A DNA stretch of 64,000 nt from Hamiltosporidium tvaerminnensis FI-OER-3-3 (GCA_022605425.2 JAKIMF020000011.1:186001-250000); one strand, 5' to 3'; numbered from the stretch's first letter, positions 40,301 through 51,213 are shown. Program-made: numbers and translations. The notes: generated by a model not told the origin, from the sequence alone.

Positions 40301-41481
40301 TCAATCTGTTTATTTCTTCTTTTTCTTATATTTTTAACAAAAGAAAAAAACCTAAAATGATTCGTTATTGCATTATCAGGAAAGAAATAAGACTTTGTTA
40401 TTTTATACTTTAAAAACCTACCACGTAACAAGAATTGTTGTCTTAGATCAGCAATATCAGTGGTGTGTTGGTTATTACTATCAGTTATATTACTATCATT
40501 GCTACTATCTATCTCATTACTACTATCTATTCCTCTATCTATTCCTTTATCTATTCCTCTATCTATTCCTCTATCTATTCCTCCATCTATTCCTCTATCT
40601 ATTCCTCTATCTATTCCTTTATCTATTCCTCTATCTATTCCTCTATCTATTCCTCTATCTATTCCTCTATCTATTCCTCTATCTATTCCTCTATCTATCC
40701 TTTCCTCATACATATCCTCATACATATCCTCATACTCTCCACCCATCTGCCCATAGAATGCTTTACCATATCCTATATTAGGAAATACAGTCATAAGTAA
40801 AGGAAACCCTTCAATTTTAAGTCTTTTAATTTCCTTTTTAATACAATTTATACGTTCTAACATATTAATTTCCATTTCTAAAAGAGAAGATACTTTAGAA
40901 GTGTAAGGTTTTATAGGTGTTGATTCTACCATATAAGAAGCAAATTCTGGTGTAAATAAAGCGGTTTTAGATTTTAAATTTTTAGTAAAATGTTCAGCTG
41001 CTAAAAGGAGTTTATAGTGGGTATTGATATTTGTAGGGATAGTATATATTTCTTTAGTACTCTCTTTAATATTATTTATTGCTTCATTTCTATAAATATT
41101 GTTTTTAATACTTTCTTCATTTCTATAAATATTATTTTTACTACTCTCTTTACTACACTCTTCAATACTCTCTTTACTACTCTCTTTACTATTCTCTTCA
41201 ATACTCTCTTTACTACTCTCCTTACTACTCTCCTTACTATTCTCTTTACTACTCTCTTTACTACTAGTGTTATAATCATTACTCATATCCATCTTATCAT
41301 ATGTCTCTTTTGCTACTAACATTACTTCAATTTCATCTCCCCATACAAACGTATTATGAAATCTATTTCTACATAAATGATATATTTCTATAAACTGTGT
41401 AATTCCAACGACTTTTAAATCATTTTTTACTTTTAATATTTTTTTGTACGGTAAAGCTTTTTGATTGCGAAGAAGACCCAT
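37330..41481 (-). CDS. GSH1: Glutamate-cysteine ligase catalytic subunit with large low-complexity insertions
   Basis: MGLL, WGDEIE, PEFASYMVESTP, DSMGQGMGCCCLQVT, KSRFSSID, FIRDP, FENIQSSNWRSMRFK, GWKVEIRPMELQ..FENSAF. CCC motif upstream. Confidence 0.95.
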   Translation of the reverse strand: MGLLRNQKALPYKKILKVKNDLKVVGITQFIEIYHLCRNRFHNTFVWGDEIEVMLVAKETYDKMDMSNDYNTSSKESSKENSKESSKESSKESIEENSKESSKESIEECSKESSKNNIYRNEESIKNNIYRNEAINNIKESTKEIYTIPTNINTHYKLLLAAEHFTKNLKSKTALFTPEFASYMVESTPIKPYTSKVSSLLEMEINMLERINCIKKEIKRLKIEGFPLLMTVFPNIGYGKAFYGQMGGEYEDMYEDMYEERIDRGIDRGIDRGIDRGIDRGIDRGIDKGIDRGIDRGIDGGIDRGIDRGIDKGIDRGIDSSNEIDSSNDSNITDSNNQHTTDIADLRQQFLLRGRFLKYKITKSYFFPDNAITNHFRFFSFVKNIRKRRNKQIEGYISIMRDRNTDMTTVVGKIGEGVIYRREVGGIEGINTKDLMEGVNDKDSNLEGVNNRDSNLEGVNNKDSNLEGVNNRDSNLEGVNDKDSNLEGVNDKDSNLEGVNDRNSNYNPVNDREYSLEGVNTSTNKQHPFSNTPNKYRSNTQNTNSNTRRVNGILIDSMGQGMGCCCLQVTLQASELEEARLIYDQLAVMCPLLLRLTRATPIAQGRLLNTETRWDMLVYSVDCRTDSERGSPYERSGFDGCECGMCNRGVNNKGIGVGGVNASGSNIKGVNTSGSNIKGVNDKGIGVGGVNESDSNIKGVNDSGSNIKGLNTSTDKQQGLNTSTNKQQGLNNKESYIKGVITSTNKQQGLNTSTNKQQGLNNKESYIKGLNTSTNKQQGDNTSTDKQQGLNTSTNKQQGDNTSTDKQQGLNNSTNKHPLNNTTKQNPLNNTTNTQHPPNNPSNNHPPPTTTQRIFKSRFSSIDMFISQSELNLKEYNDIKVPLNIECYNLLINNKVDILMSKHISSLFIRDPILVYEDSISRIEEMKKRMECSSRDIKRDNTSGDNLDISNNLDISNISGDISNNLDISNTSDNLDISNTSDNSDNSNTSDNGTKDISNPYTSNPYISNPYTSNPYTSNPYTGNPYTSNPYTTNSYISNNPSNNNLLNNNNHLNNPVPCLDEFENIQSSNWRSMRFKLPDITGGDMSGWKVEIRPMELQPTCFENSAFCVFVVLLSRAVISYQLNLYLPISFVDENFRRANLLGRRVEEYECSGGCSSGCSSRDNGRDMFRDSSRDMFKGSGSSRDSGRDSSRDSSRDSGNTREIKKEINKEINEEINEGIDTNQIKNQLKIKVENQIKNKVEIEPNNQLNNIICHSLDLSVDSLKFYYRRNIYEKGICKIEEGNLKEIFCGVGEYPGILNVVCKFVREHCGDNQGINKYLEFIRKKVCGEVMSVSEWIRGFVVNHRKYCRDSVVGEEIVNELIEEFKKIEEVNDYEYLRVKK

Positions 41482-41602
41482 TTTTAATTTTTTTTAAGGG
41501 TTTGTATTTTTATATTCTTGGTAGTGAATGTTAAATGATAAGAAACTTTGTTTTATATTTGATTTGTATGTTAAGTGTTTTAAGATAAGAGATATAGATT
41601 AT

Positions 41603-41718
41603 AGTTGGTAGTTGTGTTGGTAGTTGTGTTGGTAGTTGTGTTGGTAGTTGTGTTGGTAGTAGTGTTGGTAGTAGTGTTGGTAGTAGTGTTGGTAGTAGTG
41701 TTGGTAGTAGTGTTGGTA
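41603..41718. repeat. 12-bp tandem repeat (GTAGTWGTGTTG)n
   Basis: About 9 copies upstream of GSH1. Confidence 0.92.
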
Positions 41719-42024
41719 GATATTTGTTATATTAATCTTATAATCTAATATTATAATCTAATCTTAGAATCTAATCTTATATTTGTTGTCTTACTCTTAT
41801 TTTATAACTACTTTACTTTTAATTATTTCTAAGAATATATTTTTTAACTAACCATTCTAATTATTACATACCATTCTAATTATTACTGATTATTACTAAT
41901 TATTCTATTTTAAGATTTATAAGACTAATAAAGACTTATAGATTTATAGGATTCTTAGATTCTTAGATTCTTAGATTTTTAGATTCTTAGATTCTTAGAT
42001 TTTAATTTATCTATTTTTGTATTA

Positions 42025-42580
42025 TAATTAAGAATAAATAAATTAATATATTAGCATAAGAATAAAAAAGTGATATAAGGGGTATGAAGTAAGGTAATAA
42101 AGTGAAATAATTATAATTAAGAATAAAGAATAAAATAAATTAATATAATGAGCATAAGAATAAAAGTAATGAATTAATATATTAGCATAAGAATAAAGTT
42201 AAGAATAAATTAATATCTTAGCATAAGAATAAATAAAGTGATATAATTAGAATAAGAATAAAGTTAAGAATAAATTAATATCTTAGCATAAGAATAAATA
42301 AAGTGATATAATTAGAATAAGAATAAAGTTAAGAATAAATTAATATCTTAGCATAAGAATAAATAAAGTGATATAATTAGAATAAGAATAAATAAAGTGA
42401 TATAATTAGAATAAGAATAAAGTTAAGAATAAATTAATATCTTAGCATAAGAATAAATAAAGTGATATAATTAGAATAAGAATAAATAAAGTGATATAAT
42501 TAGAATAAGAATAAAGTAAAGAATAAATTAATATCTTAGCATAAGAATAAATAAAGTGATATAATTAGAATAAGAATAAC
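42025..42580. repeat. Compound AT-rich minisatellite
   Basis: Shuffled modules TTAGCATAAGAATAAATAAAGTGATATAA / TTAGAATAAGAATAAAGTTAAGAATAAATTAATATC. Confidence 0.9.
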
Positions 42581-42601
42581 TTTGTTTTTACATAAAGAAA
42601 A

Positions 42602-43320
42602 TATCACATCTTTTTAAACAGAAGGATTTTATATTTGTTTTTATGATATTAACGCAGTTCTAGGTTTAAGATAAATAAATGTTACCCCAACACTTTATGG
42701 GTAAAATTATAGAATTTAAATACTAAAGCTTTTTATTTAAAAGGTGTGTAGAACCTAATAAATAGGCGAGGAGGTTAGTCGGGGTTCAATAATGTCTGTT
42801 GCATGGGGTGTATGAGCTTATATCGAATCTTTTAAGGGCGCTTCATCTTAAAATTATGCAGCATTCACACTTACACTACACCTTCTGAACCCAATGAACT
42901 TCTAGCTAAGATATATTTCAGAGATTTACATGGGGTCCACCTAGATAGTGCAATGTCATACCAACAGGTATAACCTGCTACTTAGCTTTCCCGGCTTTAA
43001 ATGGTTTTTATTTTTATATCTCCCAGGCGCCAAGTCTTCTAACCCGAGTGAGCAAGGCCAGGTTTCTATGCTTTTACATGGCAATTACCTACATGTTCAA
43101 CTGCAGTCTGCAATCTGGTTACATAAAAAACTACAAATAAATTCGTAGAAAAAGTTTCTCCATTTCTTAGACCTCTCCTCCTCATAACAACTCCCATGGA
43201 ACAACCGAAGATGTAGTGTGGTTTTATTCCCACCAAAAATCCAAACAATGACCTCACACCAGTTTCACACACTCATTACCAACCAGAAAGTCTTTTACTG
43301 TTGTTATCTTATATCCAACA
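42602..43320. repeat. Dispersed ~715-bp element, copy 1 (structured RNA / solo-LTR-like)
   Basis: Collinear direct-repeat match to 52900-53614 from TATCACATCTTTTTAAA to TCCAACA. Confidence 0.9.
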
Positions 43321-43430
43321 CTTACTTATTATACTAATAGTATTAATTACACAAATAAAGATTATTTTTTTTGATATATTAATTAAGAGTAGGATTGGTA
43401 TTTATTAAGGATAATGATAAGTTAATTTAC

Positions 43431-43765
43431 TAAATAAATATTTTATAATTGTTTATAAGAGATGTGATAGAATAAATACGATAAGATATAACAGATATTC
43501 TATTAAATAAATATTTTTTAATTGTTTATAAGAGATGTGATAGAATAAATACGATAAGATATAACAGATATTCTATTAAATAAATATTTTTTAATTGTTT
43601 ATAAGAGATGTGATAGAATAAATACGATAAGATATAACAGATATTCTATTAAATAAATATTTTTTAATTGTTTATAAGAGAAGTGATAGAATAAATACGA
43701 TAAGATATAACAGATATTCTATTAAATATTAAATATTAAATAAATATTTTATAATTGTTTATAGT
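43431..43765. repeat. 73-bp tandem repeat, ~4.5 copies
   Basis: GAWGTGATAGAATAAATACGATAAG recurs at 43461, 43534, 43607, 43680. Confidence 0.93.
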
Positions 43766-44925
43766 TTAAATATCTTATTTGTAATATATTTATGTTAGAA
43801 TTTTATTTTTATTTATTTTTAAGTTTTTTATTCTTTATAGTTCCCATGTTAAGAATTGAATATTTTATAATTCTTTATAGTTATCAGGTTTAATATTTTA
43901 TGATTCTTTATAGTTCTCACCTTTAGAATTCAATATTTTTTAGGTTTTTTTAATTTTTTTTTAAAATATTTTGTAATTCTAAAATATCGTGTTCGTTTTC
44001 TTGTTGATACACTCTTTATTCTTTGAGTAAGAAAAGTTTGTGTTAGACTTACAATCTAACTAATCAAAATATAAATGTTTATCAAATGATTTTAATTTGT
44101 AAAAAGTTTTTATTCCCTCATGGATTGTGTTTTGATCCAAAGAAAAATACTAAAAATATAAATTAAATACTAAGAATTTAATACTAAGAATATAAATATA
44201 AATACTAAAGTATAAATCTAATTTTTACTTATGCCAGTTCTCCTTCACCTAATTAAGTTGAGAAATATAAATACTAAAGTATAAATCTAATTTTTAATTA
44301 TTCCAGTTCTCTTTTACCTAATTAAGTTGAGAAATATAAATATGAATATTTACTGTCTTAATTATATAGTTAATCTATATTCTTAAGGTTATATTAAAAA
44401 TCGTTTTTTTTTTTATTTTTTGAGGTAATACTCTGATTTCAATTAAATTATTTCTAATTTGAAGTTTAATAATTTCTGTATTTGATTGGTTAATACTCTC
44501 TTTCTTTTATGTTAATGAAAGTATGAGTTTGTTCTTATATTTCTATTTTATTTCTATTTAATTTTAATTTTAATTTTATTTATTTATTAAGACATCAGAA
44601 TATCAAAGGTTTGAATTTGTTTTAAAAATTAAATTTTAAACGAAAATACGAGTAAAGGAAATTGAAGGTGGAACCATTATTTCTTATTTCTTTTTTATTT
44701 CTTTTTTATTTAGTTTTAATTTTACTGTTTTTTATTTATTGTTTTTTAATTTTATTGTTTTTTAATTTTATTGTTTTTTAATTTTACTGTTTTTACAATT
44801 TTACTGTTTTTTATCTCTTCTCCCTCCCTTCCCTTTATTTCTTCTCCCTCCCATCTTCTCCCTCCTTATCTCTTCCATCTCCTAAATAATTATTTTATTT
44901 CATTTTTTTTATTTCCCCCTCTGAA

Positions 44926-45225
44926 ATGGTAAGTTTTACAATTTAAAAATAATTTTAGTCAAAAGGAACAAAGAAAGTAGGAATAACAGGAAAATATGGT
45001 ACTAGATATGGTTCATCATTAAGAAAAAGAATAAAAACATATGAAATATCTCAACATAAGAAATATGAGTGTTCTAGTTGTGGTAAACATACAGTTAAAA
45101 GAGAATCTTTTGGTATTTGGAAGTGTAAAGCTTGTAATGTTACGTTTGCTGGTGGTGCTTATGTCCCACTGACAGAGGCTTTTATTACGGCTAGAAATAA
45201 TGTTAAGCGATTGGCTGAGATTTAA
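44926..45225 (+). CDS. RPL43: 60S ribosomal protein eL43 (L37a); exons 44926-44928 and 44959-45225
   Basis: ATG, 30-nt intron GTAAGT...TAATTTTAG, then SKGTKKVGITGKYGTRYGSSLRK...CSSCGK...GIWKCKAC...AGGAY. CCCCC motif upstream. Absent from the ORF track. Confidence 0.96.
44929..44958 (+). other. 30-nt spliceosomal intron
   Basis: GTAAGTTTTACAATTTAAAAATAATTTTAG directly after the ATG; contains an in-frame TAA, and removal restores eL43. Confidence 0.93.
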
Positions 45226-45251
45226 ATAAAGAATTTTATTTTATTTAAAGA

Positions 45252-45295
<44 letters not shown>

Positions 45296-45820
45296 ATTTT
45301 CTCTCTCTAATATAAATTACTTTATTTTCTCTTTCTATTATATTTTTCTATTATTTGTATTAAATTTTAATTCTAGTTAAATATTAATATTTTAGATTCT
45401 ATCATAGTCCTTCTATTTTCTTACTTTTATATTTTATATTATTAGTATTTTACATTCTATCATATTCCTTCTATATTCCTTCTATATTCCTTCTATATTC
45501 CTCCTATATTCCTATTATATTCTTTACTTTAATATTATTTTTTTACGACTTATTTTATTCTTCAAATATATTTTTAATACCTTTGTTTTAAAAGAATATA
45601 AATATAATTCTAGGAACAATTTATATTAATATTTTTAATTAGAATACCACAATTATATGACAAATTGTACATTTTGTTGTATAAATTATGCCTTAACCCT
45701 TCAATTACCGGAGTTGAGATCGAATGATCGGTACACCGGTTTTTTTGTTTCCTTAATTTTAATATTGTAATTTGTAAGAAGAATAATGGAGTAAGAAGTG
45801 TATTTAATTATTGTTTTAGA

Positions 45821-46102
45821 GATTTAGAAGATATTTCTAATATTAAATTTATAGGTATTTATTGTAATATTAGTTTTTAATATATTGTTTGTGTGATATA
45901 GAAGATATTTCTAATATTAAATTTATAGGTATTTATTGTAATATTAGTTTTTAATATATTGTTTGTGAGATATAGAAGATATTTCTAATATTAAATTTAT
46001 AGGTATTCTAATATTGTAATATTAGTTTTTAATATATTGTTTTGGAGATATAGAAGATATTTCTAATATTAAATTTATAGGTATTTATTGTAATATTAGT
46101 TT
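45821..46102. repeat. ~74-bp tandem repeat, ~4 copies
   Basis: GAAGATATTTCTAATATTAAATTTATAGG recurs at 45827, 45901, 45975, 46053. Confidence 0.92.
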
Positions 46103-46470
46103 CGTGAAGGACTAAAGTGTGTTAAAATAATTTTATAATTTAATATAATTTCATTTAATATAGCAATTATTAATTAAATAATATATTTTTAAAGTAAATT
46201 TAAGGTATTGGAGATGTAAGTCTGAGCAATAGTAAAAGTTTACGTAATTTCTAAAGAAAATAGAAAAAAATAGGTGGGAAATATGAAATAGTAAAGGAAT
46301 AATAAATAAATAATGTTACAGGTAATTTCATTACTTTCTTTCAAATATATTTGTGTTTCATTTATAGATTTGAAAACAAATCGATATCTTTTCAAATATA
46401 TTATTATATTATCTAATTTGAAACAGTGTGTGAAGTGGATATTTAAAATTTTATTCTAAAAAATAAACAT

Positions 46471-47082
46471 ATGTTTCTATTTATAAGTTGGGTGAGTTGT
46501 GGCTTGACACAGATATTCCTAAACAGACTAAACAAATTTAGTGAGTATGATCCGGGTATGTTGTTGGTGAATGTGGATATGCCGGACTATGCGCTGAAAA
46601 TATTTGATTTTAATATTTTAACTTCTAAAGAATTGCCTGTGGCGATGGCAAAATTGAAGGAAGAGGATTTACCGTATATGATATTACATTCGTATTATGA
46701 AGGAAATTCTAAGAATTTCTGGTTAGAGATGGATAACCAATATGGGATTAAGATTTCTTTATCGGGAAATTTATTACAGGCTAGTCGGTTTGATATTGGT
46801 GGTAAATCTAAGTTAATTGCTGCTAAGGTGTTGGGAACTAAGAATGTGCTTTTGATGCATAATAATCAGTGTTTAACTGTTGATGCAGAGCAGAGTAAAT
46901 ATAGGGAAGGATATCCGATACGGCTGAAGAAGTGTAAAAGAGATGAGCCGAAACAACTTTTTAGATTTGTGAGTGCTTTAAAGGGAGCGTGTGTTTTAAA
47001 TATGCCGGTTTGTCCAGGATTAGAAATTTTGACGGATGTTGAAAGAGTAATTGAGCATCGTATAAGTCATTTTGCTATTTAA
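46471..47082 (+). CDS. Secreted ricin-B-lectin-like protein
   Basis: Short hydrophobic signal. NNQCLTVD...LKKCKRDEPKQLFRF (C..C..QxF beta-trefoil subdomain motif). Confidence 0.75.
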   Translation: MFLFISWVSCGLTQIFLNRLNKFSEYDPGMLLVNVDMPDYALKIFDFNILTSKELPVAMAKLKEEDLPYMILHSYYEGNSKNFWLEMDNQYGIKISLSGNLLQASRFDIGGKSKLIAAKVLGTKNVLLMHNNQCLTVDAEQSKYREGYPIRLKKCKRDEPKQLFRFVSALKGACVLNMPVCPGLEILTDVERVIEHRISHFAI

Positions 47083-48058
47083 GTATTAAAATTATTCCTT
47101 GATTTTATTTATTTTATTATTGGAAATGTGTTTTTTTATTAAATCAGAGGAGAATAATCACATTAAAAACTATCTCTTGTCAATGTGTGTAAACATTTCG
47201 TGTCGAAATCCTTGCTGCCATTGTGTTAGGATATAAACCAACCGGATTTATAGACTTCTCTCCTATATCTAGAGTTACAACAGATTAAAAGAAACTAATA
47301 AAAGTTTTTGATGTGTTCATTCTAAACAATGAGAGGTAAAAGAGGAATTGAATATGTAAGTAAGTTTTTTATTGACAGAATTTATGTATTTATATTAAAA
47401 ACGTATAAAAATTTTACTGATATAACAAGGATTTTATATATATTTAGATAAGATAGTATAATCTATACAAACAAGTAAAATTTTTGTATTTATTTGTCAT
47501 ATGAAATACAATTGTATTGTAGAATAGTGCATTTAAAAAAATTGAATAAATTTATCACTTTCTCTCTATTTATTTTATAAATTTGATTATAGAAATATTA
47601 CAGATGATTCAAATTGAAATAAATATGTCAGATAGATAATCTTATTCTAGATACTATAGTTGTATTTGGAAATAATGCAAAAAATGTAATTTTACTTCTT
47701 GAATCTAATTTTTTGTTTTGATTATTTATAATACAGATTTATTGTAGAAATCTTGAACATACTTTTCATTTCATTAAGCCTATTTCGAAGTTAAAAAAAG
47801 TCCAAATTTATTTCCTTAATGTTTCAACTGTTAACCTTTTAAAATTTAGATATTAAAAACGTGTTTATTTTTTATAAGTATCTATTGAATTCTCATATGA
47901 TATTTCAGCGGTAAAAAAAAGAAAATAATAGATGTAAATTAAAACTATATCTGATATGATATCATAAATATTCCTAAACACGTTTCATTGTAAATAAATA
48001 CGCATCAGTAAAAACGGTAATATATAAATATTTTTCGTATCTTCTTAAATATAGAAAA

Positions 48059-49129
48059 ATGATGGAAAAATATTGTTTAATATTAATAATCTGTATAAAA
48101 CATATTTATACATCAGAATTGGAGTATTTTTTAAATACTGATATCAAAATAATGTTTAGTGCGTATGAACACTTTCATTTGGCTTTAAAAACAGCCGATT
48201 CTAGTAAGTATCCTTTTATTGGAATAAGCAGACACTTGAATGCCAAAGAATATAACTTTGATGACCGTGCACGTATAACTAAAAATAGCGATAGATATGA
48301 AATAAGTATAGGGGAGGAAATGTTATGTAAAGAAAAGAAAACCATAATAAAGTGCGGTGAAACGGGCAATAGTGCATGGAGCATTGATAAAAGAGATTTC
48401 GGTTATACCATATCACAAGACAAAATGTGTATTACAAAAAAAGACAGTGACGAAATCATACTTAGTAAATGTTCAGACACAGAAGATCAATTATTTGATT
48501 TCAAAAGATCTGCTGGAATAGGAAAGTGTTCTGAAAACCAAGATGTAAGTCAAAAAAACGAAAAAATGTCGAAACAAAATAAATCAGATACAAGCAAAAA
48601 ATCAGACAACAGCAAAAAACCAGACAAAAGCAAAAAATCGGAAACAAAAAAGAAATCATATACAAACAAGAGATCTAAGAAAGCAGATGAGGAGTCTACT
48701 TCTGATTCTAAAGATCAAGAAGATTCTAAAATATCGGAAGAAAAAGATCAAACAAAAATTTCTTTATCGTTGGATTGCAAAGGCGATGAATGCAAATTTA
48801 GGAGAATTTCCCGGAACAAAGATAATTCTAAACCTGATTTTAACGATTTTCGTTCTTTAGAAGACTCGAACTCATTTCAAGATCTCCTGATTCCGATAGA
48901 AACACCTCGAAATACTTTATTACCAGGTATTCGAAATCCATATAGACCAAACATAGAATCTTATTTAATTCCAAACAACCAAAATTTTATTCAAGAAAAT
49001 GTTTCGTTATATACAAACATTCCAAGGCCATTCAAATCCCATGATGTTTCGAATCTAAAATATCCGCTATCTTCTTCAGAAATTGAGCGCGGAATGAAAA
49101 AATTCGATTCATTTTTTTTTAGAAATTAA
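48059..49129 (+). CDS. PTP4: Ricin-B-lectin-like polar tube protein 4-like
   Basis: Signal peptide, ELEYFLNTDIKIMFS..RH...YEISIGEEMLC...CITKK..LSKCSDTEDQLFDF, then K/S/D-rich tail. Directly upstream of a PTP5-like gene. Symbol from recalled similarity. Confidence 0.65.
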   Translation: MMEKYCLILIICIKHIYTSELEYFLNTDIKIMFSAYEHFHLALKTADSSKYPFIGISRHLNAKEYNFDDRARITKNSDRYEISIGEEMLCKEKKTIIKCGETGNSAWSIDKRDFGYTISQDKMCITKKDSDEIILSKCSDTEDQLFDFKRSAGIGKCSENQDVSQKNEKMSKQNKSDTSKKSDNSKKPDKSKKSETKKKSYTNKRSKKADEESTSDSKDQEDSKISEEKDQTKISLSLDCKGDECKFRRISRNKDNSKPDFNDFRSLEDSNSFQDLLIPIETPRNTLLPGIRNPYRPNIESYLIPNNQNFIQENVSLYTNIPRPFKSHDVSNLKYPLSSSEIERGMKKFDSFFFRN

Positions 49130-49385
49130 AGTTTCTTTATTTCTCTACTTTTTAGATAAATTTTGATTTTATCAACATTTCTACATTCAAATGCTTTATT
49201 TGATAAACGATTGGCATTTTTTGTTTTAAATTCACAAATATTTTTTTTTGGTTTTGAAAATTCAAAACTTTAAATATTTTTGTTTTCATTATTTATTCTA
49301 CTCTCTGGATATTTCAATAAAAAAATCAACATTTTTGTTATGAAACTTGAATTTTTAATTTTTAAATCCTAAAAATACACAACAT

Positions 49386-50132
49386 ATGTTTCAAATATTT
49401 CTAATTCTAACAACGTATATATTTGCAAGAAATATTGTAGATTCTTTTTTAGGAAAGAAATTAAATATATTTTTTTCGGGTATGGAAAACTATTTTTTAG
49501 CTGAGAACTTAACAGATTTCAGCAATAAGCCATTTATAATACAGAATAGACTCGTAGAAGATGAGAATCTGGTTGTAACAAATAAATGTGAATTACTTAA
49601 AAATGGTTTGGAGTATGAAATAAAAATAGGAGATTCTAAATTGTGTTCAGATAAAGAAAATGTAAGAAAATGCGATGCTAAAGAAGTTCAACCATGGAAA
49701 ATCCAAAAGATGACATTTGGATTTTCCGTAGCACGAAACGATAATTGCATTACACGAGATGAAACAGGAAAGATCAAACTTTCTAAATGCGACACTTCAA
49801 AGAATCAAATTCTATTTATTTTAAAGTTAGAAGATTCTGAAAAATGCTTGGAAATGACGGGTAATTTAAATGAAAAACCTAAAAATGTACAAGAATTAGC
49901 CTATCGTCGTAAATTAGCTCCATTAATAGAAAAGGGTGTTCTTAAACCCACAGAAACTTCTAATACAAGTAAAAACCCAGCTGATCTTAGAAAATTGTTA
50001 GACAAAAAATTCCCTGACAAAACAAAAAATCAAAAGAGTAAAAAAGTATACGCAAGTCTTTGGAATAACACATGGGGATTCAAAATACCGAGTTTATCTA
50101 TTGGTGACTGGACAAAACTTTTCTGCGAATAA
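49386..50132 (+). CDS. PTP5: Ricin-B-lectin-like polar tube protein 5-like
   Basis: Signal peptide, FLGKKLNI..LAENLTDFSNKPFII..SKLC..WKIQKMTFGF..CIT..LSKC, K-rich tail ending LWNNTWGF..W..FC. Paralogous to 48059. Symbol from recalled similarity. Confidence 0.68.
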   Translation: MFQIFLILTTYIFARNIVDSFLGKKLNIFFSGMENYFLAENLTDFSNKPFIIQNRLVEDENLVVTNKCELLKNGLEYEIKIGDSKLCSDKENVRKCDAKEVQPWKIQKMTFGFSVARNDNCITRDETGKIKLSKCDTSKNQILFILKLEDSEKCLEMTGNLNEKPKNVQELAYRRKLAPLIEKGVLKPTETSNTSKNPADLRKLLDKKFPDKTKNQKSKKVYASLWNNTWGFKIPSLSIGDWTKLFCE

Positions 50133-50238
50133 AATTTTATTATCTTTACTTTTTATTCAATCATATCACATTTGGTTTCTTTTTTTGAATCATTGTTTCA
50201 CATTTTTTGAATAAAAATCACATTTCTTTTATTTTCAA

Positions 50239-50952
50239 ATGGCTCTTTTATTTGGTCTAAAATTCTTCCAAATTTACTTATTCCCTCTGTATGTCTTTAC
50301 TCGTTCAGAATATCTAAAATATATTTTAGATGATAGAGCTATGATATTGTTGACAGGTATGCCGTTAGAAAGAATGGCAATTGGCCGTAAACACAACGGT
50401 GTTAAAATACTAAATATGGAAAGTTTAATAAACAATCGAAATTATAGATTTGTTGCTGGAATACACGGTAATTCAAAAACAGGATATATGATTCATATTG
50501 GAAAAAATTTTCTTAAAATTGATAAAGATGGATATGTCGTAGGGACACGTTTTGAAAACGATGCCAATCTTTTTGACATTGAACATACCAAATTTGGATA
50601 TAAAATTATTTACAATAAAAAATGTGTAACCAAGGGCACTGAAACCGGCACAGTTTTTCTTTCAGATTGTTTTGACGACGGATCCCACAATTCTGTTTTC
50701 CAAAGATTTGATTTTATTTCTTTAAAGAAACCCAACAACAGCAAAGCATTATCAAAAGATAAAATGTGTAAAAAACCCGAAAAAAATACCGATATTTCCA
50801 ATTTAGATGTAAATCTTGAACAAAAGTTTTACGACTCGATATTTGACAAAAATTTTAGTTCAAGTTTTGATTTTATAGTAAGTTTAGCAAAATGTCGTGG
50901 AAACGACGTAGATTGTATTTGCTTAAAAGCGGTAAATAATCCGTGTAAATAA
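50239..50952 (+). CDS. Secreted ricin-B-lectin-like protein
   Basis: Signal peptide; FDIEHTKFGYKIIYNKKCVTK..LSDC..QRFDF; Cys-rich C-terminus. Confidence 0.75.
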   Translation: MALLFGLKFFQIYLFPLYVFTRSEYLKYILDDRAMILLTGMPLERMAIGRKHNGVKILNMESLINNRNYRFVAGIHGNSKTGYMIHIGKNFLKIDKDGYVVGTRFENDANLFDIEHTKFGYKIIYNKKCVTKGTETGTVFLSDCFDDGSHNSVFQRFDFISLKKPNNSKALSKDKMCKKPEKNTDISNLDVNLEQKFYDSIFDKNFSSSFDFIVSLAKCRGNDVDCICLKAVNNPCK

Positions 50953-51213
50953 AATGCAATAAATTTCAAAAAATATTTAGAAAACCCAAAGATTTTTAAT
51001 GAATAAACAATAAAAAGAATTTAAATTTTTATTTTTTTTAATATTTTCTTAAAAATGAGAAAAACTCAAAGATTTTTAATGTGTAAACAGCAGGAAAAAT
51101 ATTTAAATTTTAAATTATTTTCTTAAAATTGAGAAAAAACTCAAAGATTTTTAATCACTGAACAGCGGGAAAAATATTTTAATTTTAAATTATTTCCTTA
51201 AAAAAAGGAAAAC

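Noticed and set aside
32596-41319. Many antisense or alternate-frame ORFs over PUF6 and GSH1 (e.g. 33004-33579, 38926-39576, 40368-40781)
   Set aside because: Shadows of stop-free 3n tandem repeats within real genes.
42602-43690. TATCACATCT / AGATGTGATA as TIRs of the 715-bp element
   Set aside because: The partner lies inside the 73-bp satellite and is not seen after copy 2; likely chance.
45693-45745. TTAACCCT piggyBac-like terminus
   Set aside because: No matching inverted terminus or transposase found.
43431-46102. 73/74-bp arrays as CRISPR
   Set aside because: No unique spacers, eukaryotic context, no cas genes.
47260-47350. SRVTTD*..DVFIL as a seventh retrotransposon remnant
   Set aside because: Match too short to support by eye.
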